Source: Phototrophicaceae bacterium (GTDB lineage Bacteria > Chloroflexota > Anaerolineae > Aggregatilineales > Phototrophicaceae). Taken from it: 64,000 nt of DNA. The notes beneath the pieces were generated by a model that was given only the letters and a program-made list of their open reading frames with translations, ran no database searches and had not been told where the DNA came from. The translations under genes and the position numbers were made by a program. The DNA lies in assembly GCA_965213965.1 (NCBI GenBank), contig OZ243925.1, positions 1,936,403 through 2,000,402 of the forward strand. Direction: 5' to 3'. Below are positions 8,876 to 18,591 of this stretch, piece after piece (position 1 is the stretch's first letter; every line of letters begins with the position of its first letter).

Positions 8876-9706
8876 TCAACGGATGCCGCTGCGGGCGAAA
8901 CTCTCGACGAATTGACGTTGAAAGAGCAGAAACAAGATCACCAGCGGCGCGATGACGATGAGCGTACCCGCCATCAGTTGCCCATAAAACGCGCCTTGGT
9001 CGGTGGTCTTGATCAGCTTGTTCAGCCCGACAGTCAGCGGACGGATCGCCTCGGAGCGCGTGATGATGAAGGGCCAAAGAAACTCGTTCCAATGTGAGCT
9101 GAGCGAGACCAGCGCAAAGGCAACATAGGCGGGGATGGCATTCACGACATAAACATGGCGGATGACTTGCGCCAGGTTGGCTCCATCAATCCGCGCCGCC
9201 TCTTCCAGCTCGATTGGCACTTCGCGGAATGCCTGCCGCAGCAGCAACATGCCAAATGCCGATCCCCAATAGGGCAACATCAATGCCAAATGCGTATCAA
9301 ACAGCCCCAGCAGGTTGATCATGCGGAAGTTCTGCACCAGCAGCACACCCGAGGGGATCATCAGTTGCAGCAATATCACCAGCAGCAGCAGGTTGCGCCC
9401 CCAAAAACGCAGGCGCGCAAAAGCATAGGCGGCGCATGTCACCGTGAATAGCTGGACGAGCAAGGTCCCGCCCACAAAGATGATGCTGTTGAGATAATGC
9501 AAGCCCCAGGGCGCGATGTGTAAAGCGTGCTGATACAACGACAAGGTGATTTCGCTGCCGAAGAATATGCTGCCCTGCGTGACCGGTTCGTTCTCCGGGC
9601 GGATGCTAACCAGAATAGTGAAGACCAGTGGCACCAAAAAGACCAAGCCGATCACCGCGGTCAAGACGGCTGCGATCCTCTGCGCGAGCTTGCCCTGCTG
9701 TTTCAT
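8876..9706 (-). CDS. Carbohydrate ABC transporter permease (MalG-like)
   Basis: Six-TM permease with an EAA loop (EEAARIDGANLAQV). Confidence 0.9.
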   Translation of the reverse strand: MKQQGKLAQRIAAVLTAVIGLVFLVPLVFTILVSIRPENEPVTQGSIFFGSEITLSLYQHALHIAPWGLHYLNSIIFVGGTLLVQLFTVTCAAYAFARLRFWGRNLLLLVILLQLMIPSGVLLVQNFRMINLLGLFDTHLALMLPYWGSAFGMLLLRQAFREVPIELEEAARIDGANLAQVIRHVYVVNAIPAYVAFALVSLSSHWNEFLWPFIITRSEAIRPLTVGLNKLIKTTDQGAFYGQLMAGTLIVIAPLVILFLLFQRQFVESFARSGIR

Positions 9707-10623
9707 GCGTCACGCTCGCCGCGCTCAAAGAGCAAGAAGTTGCCCAACGTAAATATCAGCACGACAGCAATGAGCACAAGGGTCATGGCATTGACATAAC
9801 CCCAGTTGCGGCGCTCGGCGATATTTTGAAAGATCAAGTAAAGCAGCAGATTGGCGCTGTCCGCTGGCCCTCCTTCGCCCAAGGCTTGCAGCTGTTCCAC
9901 GGTCTGGAAGGCGAATGTGAAGGAGATCACGCTGACGAAGAGCAAGGTGCGGCGCAGCAGCGGCAGGGTCAGCCACAGGAATTGCTGGAAGCCGCCAGCG
10001 CCGTCCAGTGAAGCCGCCTCGTATAATTCGCGCGCGATATTCTGCAAGCCAGCCAGGAAGAAGATCATGAAATAGCCGGCTTGCTTCCAGATATTCACGA
10101 TGATGACCGAAAGCAGCACCAGATGGCGGTCGCCCAGCCAATTCAATCCTGGCTGCCCCAAGCTGCGCAACACCGCGTTCGCCAAGCCGATGCTGTCGCT
10201 AAATATGAAAGACCAGATGCTGGCCGCGCCGATGAGCGGGAGTAGCGCCGGATAAAACACAGCAAAGCGCCATACCCCCAGTAAGCGCTGCGGGCGGTTC
10301 AGCAACAGCGCCAGCAGCAAGCCCAGCGGCACAGCCACCACGACTGTCGCCAGCGCGAAAACCAGGGTATTGCGGAAAGTGCGCCGGAAGCGCTGCCCCA
10401 TATAATGGCTGTCGTCCAGGATATCAGCGAAGTTCTGCAAGCCGACGAACTGCGGGGCTTTGCCAGCCGCGTTCAAGCCGCGCGCGGGCTTGTACAAGCT
10501 GTCATTGACTGTGTTGAAAGCTGGCAGAACATTGAACATCAGCACCAGCACGAGTGTCGGCGCGATGAGCAAGTAGGGCAAGGCGCGCGCAACCAGCCTA
10601 TGCTGCCCTGCGCCGGCGCTCAT
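9703..10623 (-). CDS. Carbohydrate ABC transporter permease (MalF-like)
   Basis: EAA loop YEAASLDGAGGFQQF. ATGA-type overlap with the downstream permease. ATG 10623 is preferred, and a GTG at 10662 is also possible. Confidence 0.85.
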   Translation of the reverse strand: MSAGAGQHRLVARALPYLLIAPTLVLVLMFNVLPAFNTVNDSLYKPARGLNAAGKAPQFVGLQNFADILDDSHYMGQRFRRTFRNTLVFALATVVVAVPLGLLLALLLNRPQRLLGVWRFAVFYPALLPLIGAASIWSFIFSDSIGLANAVLRSLGQPGLNWLGDRHLVLLSVIIVNIWKQAGYFMIFFLAGLQNIARELYEAASLDGAGGFQQFLWLTLPLLRRTLLFVSVISFTFAFQTVEQLQALGEGGPADSANLLLYLIFQNIAERRNWGYVNAMTLVLIAVVLIFTLGNFLLFERGERDA

Positions 10624-10716
10624 GCCGAGGCCGCCTCGCCCGGGCCATGTGCCACGAGCCACAAGACCGAGCGAGGGGCAAACGTTCGGGGCGCGAGCGA
10701 GGCGCCCCGGTCTGTA

Positions 10717-12018
10717 TTAGCGGTAATCAGCCAGGATGCCATCGATTTGCGCTTGCGCGGCATCCATGGCAGCTTGCGCATCTGCCGATTCGCCGGTCAG
10801 GATGCTTTCCAAAGTCCCGTTGATGATGCCCTGAATGGTGATAGTCGCATAACTGGAGAACTCCTTGCCAGCATGTTGCAGTTGATCGCGCGCGATCAGG
10901 TATTGCGGATATTCCATCGAGAGCGAAGCCAGCGGTTCCGTCTCCCAGGCGCTGGCATTGGCGGCGATGTAACCGGTTGTCGCGCCCCAGTCGGCTTGGA
11001 TCGCTGGCGATGACAAGAATGTTACCCACTTCCAGATAGCGTCCAGCTCGGCTTGCGACTTGCTGCCATCATCAAAGATGTAGAGGTTGCCGCCGCCAGT
11101 GGGCGCGCCGTAGCCTGTGCCATCTTCGCCGGCCGGCCCACTGGGCAGATACCACACGCCAACTTCAAAGTCAGCGCCGCCCAGGATGCGCGTCAGGTTG
11201 CCGGTGGTGTGATAAATCATGGCTGCCTGGCCCGCCAGGAAAGCCACAGGCGTATCGCCCCAGGCTGCGCCGCCAGCTGGCCCCACGCCCAGGTCTGTGC
11301 CCAGCGAGCGCACGAATTCGACGGCAGCGACAGCTTCTGGCGTGTTGAAGTAGACTTCGGTCGGGTCGTCGCCGACGATATTGTGTCCAAAGGCGATGGC
11401 AAAGCTCTGATACATCCAAATCGGGAAGCCGCCAGCCACAGGCACCAGCAAGCCATGCCGGTCATCGGTGGTCAAAGCCTGCGCGATCTCGACCAGCTCG
11501 GCATTGTTGGTGGGCGGGCTGTCATAGCCGGCTTCTGCCAACAGCTCGGCATTGTAATAGAGGATAGGCGTGCTGCGCTGGAAAGGGATCGCCCAGACAT
11601 TGCCGTCTTCGTCCAGGCCGTTGGCCATCAAAGCCGGGAAGAAGTCGTCTGCGTAGGCATCGCCGCCGTCCATCGCGTCGATGAAAGGCTGCGCCGGCAC
11701 GATATAGCCCTCTTCGGCAAAACTGTAGAGGTCAATCGACAGCATCACAGCTACATCTGGTCCCGCGCCGCCACCTTGCAGCTCGGTCAAAATCGTATTG
11801 CGCGTGTCCGTATAGCTGCCGGTAAAGACGGGATTGATGAGGATGCCGGGGTTCTCTTCTGCGAACATGTCGGCATAGCGCTGGAAGATGCCCTCGGCGT
11901 CATTGGCGGTGGCAGAAGGGAAATAGAAGTCGATGACGATGTCGTCTTGAGCCATTAGCGCGCTGCCGCAAATCAGCAGCAGGCAGAGCGCCAAGCATAG
12001 TCTGGGTACTTTGAACAC
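10717..12018 (-). CDS. Extracellular solute-binding protein, family 1 (sugar ABC)
   Basis: GTG start 7 nt after AAGGAG. It has a signal peptide (MFKVPRLCLALCLLLICGSALMA) and the typical family-1 SBP composition. Confidence 0.9.
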   Translation of the reverse strand: MFKVPRLCLALCLLLICGSALMAQDDIVIDFYFPSATANDAEGIFQRYADMFAEENPGILINPVFTGSYTDTRNTILTELQGGGAGPDVAVMLSIDLYSFAEEGYIVPAQPFIDAMDGGDAYADDFFPALMANGLDEDGNVWAIPFQRSTPILYYNAELLAEAGYDSPPTNNAELVEIAQALTTDDRHGLLVPVAGGFPIWMYQSFAIAFGHNIVGDDPTEVYFNTPEAVAAVEFVRSLGTDLGVGPAGGAAWGDTPVAFLAGQAAMIYHTTGNLTRILGGADFEVGVWYLPSGPAGEDGTGYGAPTGGGNLYIFDDGSKSQAELDAIWKWVTFLSSPAIQADWGATTGYIAANASAWETEPLASLSMEYPQYLIARDQLQHAGKEFSSYATITIQGIINGTLESILTGESADAQAAMDAAQAQIDGILADYR

Positions 12019-12077
12019 GGTAGTTTCTCCTTGTGTTTGGGCTAGGGCAGGGATGCTGCTACGCCAGGTAGTCTAAC

Positions 12078-12106
12078 GCAAAAGCCCCCGTTGCAACAAC
12101 GAGGGC
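12078..12106 (-). terminator. Rho-independent terminator after the ABC-2 operon
   Basis: On the minus strand: GCCCTCGTTG-TTG-CAACGGGGGC (10-bp stem, one G-U pair) followed by TTTTG. Confidence 0.55.
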
Positions 12107-12168
12107 GGTTTTCGCTTCGGCAGTCCGCTGGTGAGAAATCGTCGCCAGCGCTGGTGAGGGCTGCCGCT

Positions 12169-12975
12169 TCAGACGGCGATTTCGCGCCGTTCATAGCGAT
12201 AGATGGCTGCCAGGAACATGACCACCGACAGGGCGATATAGCCGCCGATGTGTGGCCAGATGAAGCCCTGCGCCATGATATCGCCGGCATTGTAATAGGT
12301 CAGGAAGGAAATCGCGCCAATTGGCTCGGCTACTGTGCCTTCAGCCGCAGCGCCAATCGTCTGCAGCATATAGCTGATGATGATGTAGGCTGTCACGATG
12401 CCCAGCGCGACCGTCCGGCGGCGCACCAGCACGGCGATGAGCATGGTTGCCGCCATGACGAAGACCATCAGCGGGATGAGGTAAAAGGTGATTTCCGCCA
12501 GGCGCGCCACATCCAGCTCGACATTGCCTAGGCTCGCGCCCATGCCCACGCCCAGATAGATCAGCATGACCACGCCAACGATGCTGACACAATAGGCAAA
12601 AAACTTCTCCATGATGACCTGCGAGCGCGCGATGGGCAAGCTCAACAGCACATCGCTGGTGCCATTGTCTTCTTCGTTGGCGCTGATGCGCATGCCCATG
12701 ACGACCGGGTAAACGGCGAAGATGAGCGCTGATTTGCCAAAGAACCCCAAGGCGACGAAGCCCTCATTGGTGGCGAAAATCTCCAAGTCGCTGCCGACGC
12801 CGACCATTGCCAGGATCATCGGCGGGAAACTCTCCAGCAATTCGCGCATCGCCTGCATATCAAATAGCGGCACCATGATGACGACGAGCATCGCCAGCGC
12901 CGCCAGCCCAATGCCCCAACCAAGCATTTGCTTCCAGGTCTGTTTGAGTGTCTCGAGGAATACAGAACCAAGCAT
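12169..12975 (-). CDS. ABC-2 type transporter permease
   Basis: Multi-TM protein. ATG 12975 lies 6 nt after AGGAGG. At 268 aa it is the same length as, and a paralogue of, the upstream permease. Confidence 0.75.
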   Translation of the reverse strand: MLGSVFLETLKQTWKQMLGWGIGLAALAMLVVIMVPLFDMQAMRELLESFPPMILAMVGVGSDLEIFATNEGFVALGFFGKSALIFAVYPVVMGMRISANEEDNGTSDVLLSLPIARSQVIMEKFFAYCVSIVGVVMLIYLGVGMGASLGNVELDVARLAEITFYLIPLMVFVMAATMLIAVLVRRRTVALGIVTAYIIISYMLQTIGAAAEGTVAEPIGAISFLTYYNAGDIMAQGFIWPHIGGYIALSVVMFLAAIYRYERREIAV

Positions 12976-12985
12976 CGTTAGCCTC

Positions 12986-13792
12986 CTAGATACCAATATC
13001 GCGGCTGACAAACATTCTGAGCGACAAGCCGAAGCCGACCGCTACAGCGAGCAGCACAAGGATTGTATTGGCGGGGTCATAAGTGCCCAGCACCAATGAT
13101 TCGCCATTCACATAACTGAAGTAGGACAAACGCTCCATCACATCGGCGGCTGTGCCACCGGCGGACGCGCCAATCGCATTGAAGATGTAACTGGCGATGA
13201 CGAAGGCGGCTGACAAGCCGATCGCTACTGCGCGCCGGCGCATCACAGTCGCCAGCAGACTCGTCACGGTCATCACCAGCAGCAAGCCAGGATACAGATT
13301 CAAGATGCCGGCGAATATGATATCGCTCGGCGCTTCGATATTCATGCCGATGATACCGCCGACTGTGATTGCGGCGGTCAACAAGATGATGCCCAGGCCG
13401 ATCAGCGCATAGCCGATCCAGCGCTCAACCAGGTAAGTCGCGCGCGAAATCGGCAGCGACAAGATGACATCCATCACGCCGGACTGCTCGTCATTGGCTG
13501 TGATATTCAAGCCGGCCATCACGGCGAATATGGAGGTGAATATCGCCGCTTCCGATACAAAGACCGAGACGATCCAGCCTTCAGATGTGGTTAAAAGCGC
13601 CACATCGCTGGCGCCAAAAGCCTGCAAGACGGCGGGTGGCATAGACGCGAGTAGGTCCGCATAGCCAGCGATGATATCCGGGCTGGAGGCGATGAAGTCG
13701 ATATAGAGACCGAGCACGCCGAGGCCCAATCCCCAATAGATAATCTGCTTCCACGATGTGCGCAATGTGTTGCCAATGACGATGCCGCTCAT
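12986..13792 (-). CDS. ABC-2 type transporter permease
   Basis: Multi-TM protein. Its start shares 1 nt with the ATPase stop (TAATG). Confidence 0.75.
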   Translation of the reverse strand: MSGIVIGNTLRTSWKQIIYWGLGLGVLGLYIDFIASSPDIIAGYADLLASMPPAVLQAFGASDVALLTTSEGWIVSVFVSEAAIFTSIFAVMAGLNITANDEQSGVMDVILSLPISRATYLVERWIGYALIGLGIILLTAAITVGGIIGMNIEAPSDIIFAGILNLYPGLLLVMTVTSLLATVMRRRAVAIGLSAAFVIASYIFNAIGASAGGTAADVMERLSYFSYVNGESLVLGTYDPANTILVLLAVAVGFGLSLRMFVSRDIGI

Positions 13793-14724
13793 TATCTCGC
13801 CCCCTTTTCGCCGCTGTAAAATGCCAGGAAGATCTCTTCGAGCGTTGGCTCTTCGATATGCAGCGATTCGACATAGCCGTCGCTAATCGCCCGCAGCAGT
13901 GGATCAAAGTCGCCGATCATGCGCACCCGCACGCGCGTGCCGTTGGCGCTGACATCGGTGATTGATGGTATGCGCTCCAAGTGCTGCTGCAAGCCGGCTG
14001 GCACCGCATCGCGGAAGACAACATCGACCCAGTTGAACTCAACATTGGTGATTTCCTCGACCGATTCCACCGCCTTCAATTCGCCATCGCGCAAGATGCC
14101 AACACGATCGCAGATAGCCTGGACTTCACTCAAAACATGCGACGACAGAAAGACCGTCTTGCCCTTGGCGCGATAGTCGTCCATCATTTCGTGAAAGGTC
14201 TGCTGCACCAGGGGGTCGAGTCCGCCGGTTGGCTCGTCGAGAATCAGCAGCTCGGGCGAGTGCATCATCGCGATGATGAGCCCGAGTTTGCGCTTGTTGC
14301 CCGAAGAGAGGTCGCGCACACGTTTGCTCGTATCAAAGTCCAACATTTCCGCCAGCTCGGCAGCGTGCTTCCCGATGGTGCGGGTATCACCACGCACGCT
14401 GGCAACATAATGGATGATCTGTTCGCCTGTGCGCCCCTCCCACAAGCTGAGCTCTGCGGGGAAAAAGCCAATGCGCCGGTGGATCTCCACGCTGTCGGCG
14501 CGGACATCCTTGCCAAAGATGGTGGCGCTGCCACTGCTGGGGCGTATCAAATCCAAAAGCAAGCGAATGGTGGTCGTCTTGCCGGCACCATTCGGGCCAA
14601 GATAGCCGAATATCTCACCCCGGTTGACGTTGAGATTCAGGTTGCGGAGCGCTGCGGTCTGCTTGGAGCCAGAGCCGTAGGTCTTCGATAGCTCCCTGAT
14701 TTCAATGATGGAGCCGGACGCCAT
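13792..14724 (-). CDS. ABC transporter ATP-binding protein (ABC-2 subfamily)
   Basis: Walker A GPNGAGKTT, signature LSSGNKRKL, Walker B LLILDEPT. Confidence 0.9.
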   Translation of the reverse strand: MASGSIIEIRELSKTYGSGSKQTAALRNLNLNVNRGEIFGYLGPNGAGKTTTIRLLLDLIRPSSGSATIFGKDVRADSVEIHRRIGFFPAELSLWEGRTGEQIIHYVASVRGDTRTIGKHAAELAEMLDFDTSKRVRDLSSGNKRKLGLIIAMMHSPELLILDEPTGGLDPLVQQTFHEMMDDYRAKGKTVFLSSHVLSEVQAICDRVGILRDGELKAVESVEEITNVEFNWVDVVFRDAVPAGLQQHLERIPSITDVSANGTRVRVRMIGDFDPLLRAISDGYVESLHIEEPTLEEIFLAFYSGEKGAR

Positions 14725-14791
14725 GTTGATATTCCTTTCGTTGAGCTTTGCGACTGCTGGATTGCCGTGAGTCCGCTGGCAAGTTGTATTG

Positions 14792-14821
14792 ATTATAGTT
14801 TGCGAAGGGAATCCTGGTCAA
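14792..14821 (-). promoter_or_regulatory. Sigma70-type promoter for the ABC-2 operon
   Basis: On the minus strand: TTGACC (14821-14816), 18-nt spacer, TATAAT (14797-14792), about 65 nt upstream of ATG 14724. Confidence 0.5.
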
Positions 14822-14965
14822 GCAGAATCGCTCAGCCCCCATTATTTGGGGGGGGCTGTTGAAATGCTGCGCCTGCGAAAGCAAAATCCAGCCCCAACCG
14901 GGCGCGAATGCCCTGCGATGTAGCGCACTGTGCATGATTTATTGACTTGCGCAGCCAGGCTGGCT

Positions 14966-16387
14966 TCAGCTGCCTTCCGCTGGGATTGTCTCCGCAGCGC
15001 CAAGGTAGGGGCGCAGCACCTCGGGGATGACGACGCCGCCATCCGCCTGTTGATTGTTCTCCAGGATGGCGATCAGCACGCGCGGAGCCGCCAAGCCGCT
15101 GCCATTCAATGTGTGCAAGAAGCGCGTTTTGCGGCTGCCCCGCGGATAATAGCGCAGCCCCGCTCGCCGCGCCTGGAAGTCTTCGGTGTTGCTGCACGAG
15201 CTGACTTCCAGCCATTCGCCACAGCCAGGCGACCACATTTCGATGTCGTATTTCTTGGTCGCGCTGAAGCCCAGGTCGCCCGATACAATCTCCAGGCGCC
15301 GATAGGGGATACCCAGTGCCGCGCAGAGGCTTTCGGCTTGTTGCGTCATCGTCTCCAGGGCGGCATAACTTGCCTCGGGCGTGGCGAATTGGAACATCTC
15401 CACTTTCTCAAATTGGTGCACGCGCTTGATGCCGCGCACATCCCGCCCGGCGCTGGCTTTCTCGCTGCGGAAGCATGGCGTGTGCGCCACATAGCGCAAG
15501 GGCAATTGCCCTTCTTCCAGGATCTCTTCACGATGCAAGTTGGCGATGGCCACTTCGGAGGTGGGCAGCAAGTATTTGTCACCATCGGCGACGGGGTAGA
15601 CTGTGTCCTGAAATTTGGGGAATTGCGCGCTGCCATAGAGCATCTGCCCATGCACGATGTACGGCAGGTAAAGCTCCTCGTAGCCATTGGCGCGCGCCGC
15701 ATCCAGGAAGAAGCTGATCAGCGCCCGCTGCAAACGCGCGCCCCAGCCGCTCAGCACATAATAGCGGCTGCCCGACAATTTGACGCCTCGCTCGAAGTCA
15801 ATGATGCCTAGCGCGGGCCCCAGCTCCCAGTGGGCTTTGGGCTCAAAGTCAAATTCGCGGAACTCGCCAACCGGCACACCCGGGATGTTGTCGTCTTCGC
15901 TGGAGAAGACCGGCACGCTCGTGTGCGGCAGGTTGGGCAGCCATAGCATCTCCTCTTGCAGTTCGGCTTCCAGTTGCTTGGCGCGCGCATAGCCGGCGTC
16001 GATGCTTTTGCCCATGCCTTTGAGCGCGGCGATCAATGCCTGGAAAGCCTGCTCATCTTCAAGCTCGCTGGGGCTGGGCGGGTCGCTGCCGTCCAGCATC
16101 GCCAATGCCGCTGCAAAGTTGCTAGCGCGGATAGCCAGGCTGGCGCTGCCGGCGCGTTGCGCTTTCTCGGCAGGCGACATGGCTTTGCTGCCGCGCAATT
16201 TACCCATAGCGCGGTTCAGCTTGTTGCGGGCGGCTTGCGCGGTTTCGCATTGCGTGCGGGTTTGGCGGCGCTCGGCGTCCAGGGCAAGGATGCGGTCGAT
16301 GCGCGCCTGGGCAGGTTCGTCGCCCAGCTTGGCGATTTGCGCTTTGACCCAATCCGGTCGCGAGCGAATCAGCGCGATATCAAGCAT
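14966..16387 (-). CDS. serS: Serine--tRNA ligase
   Basis: It starts at MLDIALIR (ATG 16387). It has class II motifs and a catalytic core (FRSE....RD..G..R.HQF.KVE). The N-terminal coiled-coil arm is longer than usual. Confidence 0.9.
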   Translation of the reverse strand: MLDIALIRSRPDWVKAQIAKLGDEPAQARIDRILALDAERRQTRTQCETAQAARNKLNRAMGKLRGSKAMSPAEKAQRAGSASLAIRASNFAAALAMLDGSDPPSPSELEDEQAFQALIAALKGMGKSIDAGYARAKQLEAELQEEMLWLPNLPHTSVPVFSSEDDNIPGVPVGEFREFDFEPKAHWELGPALGIIDFERGVKLSGSRYYVLSGWGARLQRALISFFLDAARANGYEELYLPYIVHGQMLYGSAQFPKFQDTVYPVADGDKYLLPTSEVAIANLHREEILEEGQLPLRYVAHTPCFRSEKASAGRDVRGIKRVHQFEKVEMFQFATPEASYAALETMTQQAESLCAALGIPYRRLEIVSGDLGFSATKKYDIEMWSPGCGEWLEVSSCSNTEDFQARRAGLRYYPRGSRKTRFLHTLNGSGLAAPRVLIAILENNQQADGGVVIPEVLRPYLGAAETIPAEGS

Positions 16388-16553
16388 GGTCTTCGGCTCT
16401 CCCTTGTTTTGTAGCCTGTTCCCAGGCTGGGGCATCATCAGGCGGAGGATTGCGCAAGTCTTGTCGGAAGCGCCTGCCCGCCAGCAGCGCGCCCAGCGCC
16501 AGGCTGAGCACGATCAGCCAATCGAAAAATTGCGGCGTCAACAGCTCGGTCAT
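16380..16553 (-). CDS. Small (57 aa) single-TM hypothetical protein
   Basis: MTELLTPQFFDWLIVLSLALGALLAGRRF... Its ATG forms an ATGA overlap with the lysS stop, and its stop overlaps the serS start by 8 nt. Confidence 0.45.
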   Translation of the reverse strand: MTELLTPQFFDWLIVLSLALGALLAGRRFRQDLRNPPPDDAPAWEQATKQGRAEDHA

Positions 16554-18421
16554 GCCGACGCGCCCCCTCGCAGGCAAGCCCAGAATTGTGCCAGGGCAAG
16601 CTCTTGCAATTCTTCGCCCACGCGGTAAAAGCTCGCCTCGGTCATCACATATAGCTCGCCAGCAAAGGCGCGGTCGATATTGCGCAGCTGTGGCAGCGCG
16701 CCAGCCAGCGCATTCTCCATGCGGAATTCGACTCCGACCTGGTACTTGGGCAGCAGCAGGCTCAGCTTGCGGCGCTTCTCCCCCAGCGGCACATCCAGCT
16801 GGTATTCCAATTCTCGCACAGCCGCATCCAGCATAAATTGTCCGCGCAGGTCGCGCTCGGAAGCAGGCAGCGCGCGCAGGTGGGGATACAGCAGCACATC
16901 GCGGATGCTCACTTGGTCGGTCAGCAGCATGACCAGGCGGTCGACGCCGCCGCCAAAGCCCCCATTGGGCGGCATGCCATAGCGCATCGCGTTGAGATAA
17001 TCCTCGTCCAGCGGCGTGGTCTCATCAGCCTCATCGGCATAGAGTCGTTTCATCTCCACAAAGCGCGCTTGCTGGTCGCGCGGGTCGTTTAGCTCGGTGA
17101 AGGCATTGCCCATCTCCATGCCAGCGATGAAGAACTCAAAACGTTCGGTGTGGCTTTCGATGTAACGCCGCTCTTTTTCATCGCCTACCGGCTCGGCACT
17201 AGCCAGGCGCTTGGCGAAAGGCGACATATCGCGCGGATAATCTTTGATGATGGTCGGCTGGGTCAAATGCGGCTCAATGAAATTGCCCAGCAAGTGCTCG
17301 ACGATCATACGTCCCCAGGTATCTTGCGCGTCCAGCCCATCCGCCAAGCCGCGCGATGCCAGGTAGGCATAGAGCGACTCGCGGGTCGGGTAGTCCATAT
17401 AATCGAAGTTGAGCCGCTCGCGCACAGCCTCACGGATGCTGAGTCGTTGCCAGGGCGGCGTCAAATCAATGCTTTTTCCCTGATAAACGAGGCGCGCGCT
17501 GCCGACAACTTGTTCGGCGACATAGGCATACATGCGCTCGGTGATGTTCATCACGCCCGCATAGTCGATATAGGCTTTGTAGAACTCCAGCATGGTGAAT
17601 TCAGTATTGTGTTTGTAGCTGACGCCTTCGTTGCGGAAGTCGCGCCCAAGCTCATAGACGGCGTCATATCCGCCAACCAGCAGACGCTTCAGATACAGCT
17701 CAAAGCTGATGCGCAGGTACAAATCTTGATGCAGTTGGTTGTGCTGCGTGGTAAAGGGCCGCGCCGCCGCGCCACCATAAAGTGGCTGCAAAATCGGCGT
17801 TTCCACCTCCAACATGCCTTCTGCATCCAGGAAGTTGCGCAACGCTGTGATGGCGCGCGCCCGCTTGACAAATACCTCCCGCACCGGCTTGTTCACCGCC
17901 AGGTCCGCATAGCGCTGGCGATAGCGCATCTCTGTATCGTTGAACTCGCCATACTCGATCAGCGAGCCATCTTCCAGCCGCTGTTCTTTGACGACGGGCA
18001 AGGGGCTGAGTGATTTGGCCAGCAGGCGCAGTTGCCGCACATGGACGCTGATTTCGCCCGTGCGCGTGCGCATCATCTCGCCGCTGGCTTCAACAAAATC
18101 ATCCACATCGATCAGCTTGCGGCGGATGCGCTCATAACTTTCCGCGCCCAGCGAATTGACGCGCAGGAATAGCTGCACGCGGCCGCTTTCGTCTTCGATG
18201 TGGGCGAAGGACAGCTTGCCTTTGCTATTGAGTCGGCGAATGCGCCCCAGCAGCTTGACCTCGACTGGCTGCTGGGATGCTTCGCCAGCGAGAAATGCCT
18301 CGACGGCCTGGGCGATGCGGTGCGTGCGCCCCGTGCGGGCAGGGTAGAGCGCTACGCCAGCCTCTGCCAGGCGGTCGGCTTTGTCCAGCCGCTCTTGCTG
18401 CAATTTATTGGGTTGCCACAT
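16550..18421 (-). CDS. lysS: Lysine--tRNA ligase (class II) with a ~105-aa C-terminal extension
   Basis: OB anticodon-binding domain and class II core (YLRISFELYLKRL, FRNEG....HN.EFT.LE, GG.G.G.DRLVMLLT). The canonical end LYPHLR is followed by 105 extra residues. Confidence 0.9.
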   Translation of the reverse strand: MWQPNKLQQERLDKADRLAEAGVALYPARTGRTHRIAQAVEAFLAGEASQQPVEVKLLGRIRRLNSKGKLSFAHIEDESGRVQLFLRVNSLGAESYERIRRKLIDVDDFVEASGEMMRTRTGEISVHVRQLRLLAKSLSPLPVVKEQRLEDGSLIEYGEFNDTEMRYRQRYADLAVNKPVREVFVKRARAITALRNFLDAEGMLEVETPILQPLYGGAAARPFTTQHNQLHQDLYLRISFELYLKRLLVGGYDAVYELGRDFRNEGVSYKHNTEFTMLEFYKAYIDYAGVMNITERMYAYVAEQVVGSARLVYQGKSIDLTPPWQRLSIREAVRERLNFDYMDYPTRESLYAYLASRGLADGLDAQDTWGRMIVEHLLGNFIEPHLTQPTIIKDYPRDMSPFAKRLASAEPVGDEKERRYIESHTERFEFFIAGMEMGNAFTELNDPRDQQARFVEMKRLYADEADETTPLDEDYLNAMRYGMPPNGGFGGGVDRLVMLLTDQVSIRDVLLYPHLRALPASERDLRGQFMLDAAVRELEYQLDVPLGEKRRKLSLLLPKYQVGVEFRMENALAGALPQLRNIDRAFAGELYVMTEASFYRVGEELQELALAQFWACLRGGASA

Positions 18422-18591
18422 GCGGGTGTTGTCTCCAGCTCGTGGGCGCTTGCGGCGAAAACGATAGTATAGGATGCGCCGAAATTACAGGTGGAATCGC
18501 GCTGGCGAATTGCGCAGATTTGCCGCTTGCAATTTGTATAGCAGCGCCTATGCTTTTGCGAGCGTGATGGTGTGCTTGGATTGCACTTTTT

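Noticed and set aside
8808-9092. A 95-codon N-terminal extension of the dehydrogenase ORF (track ORF 7497-9092).
   Set aside because: It overlaps the 3' end of the ABC permease gene. The Rossmann fold begins right after MNQQNTLL at ATG 8807.
14833-14858. An AGCCCCC...GGGGGCT hairpin downstream of serS, considered as an intrinsic terminator.
   Set aside because: No T-run follows it on the minus strand (serS sense). It may still be a structural element, but the support is weak.
18422-18591. A T-box or other leader upstream of lysS.
   Set aside because: Only about 170 nt are shared with the divergent MFS promoter region. I saw no specifier or T-box (AGGGUGGNACCGCG-like) sequence.
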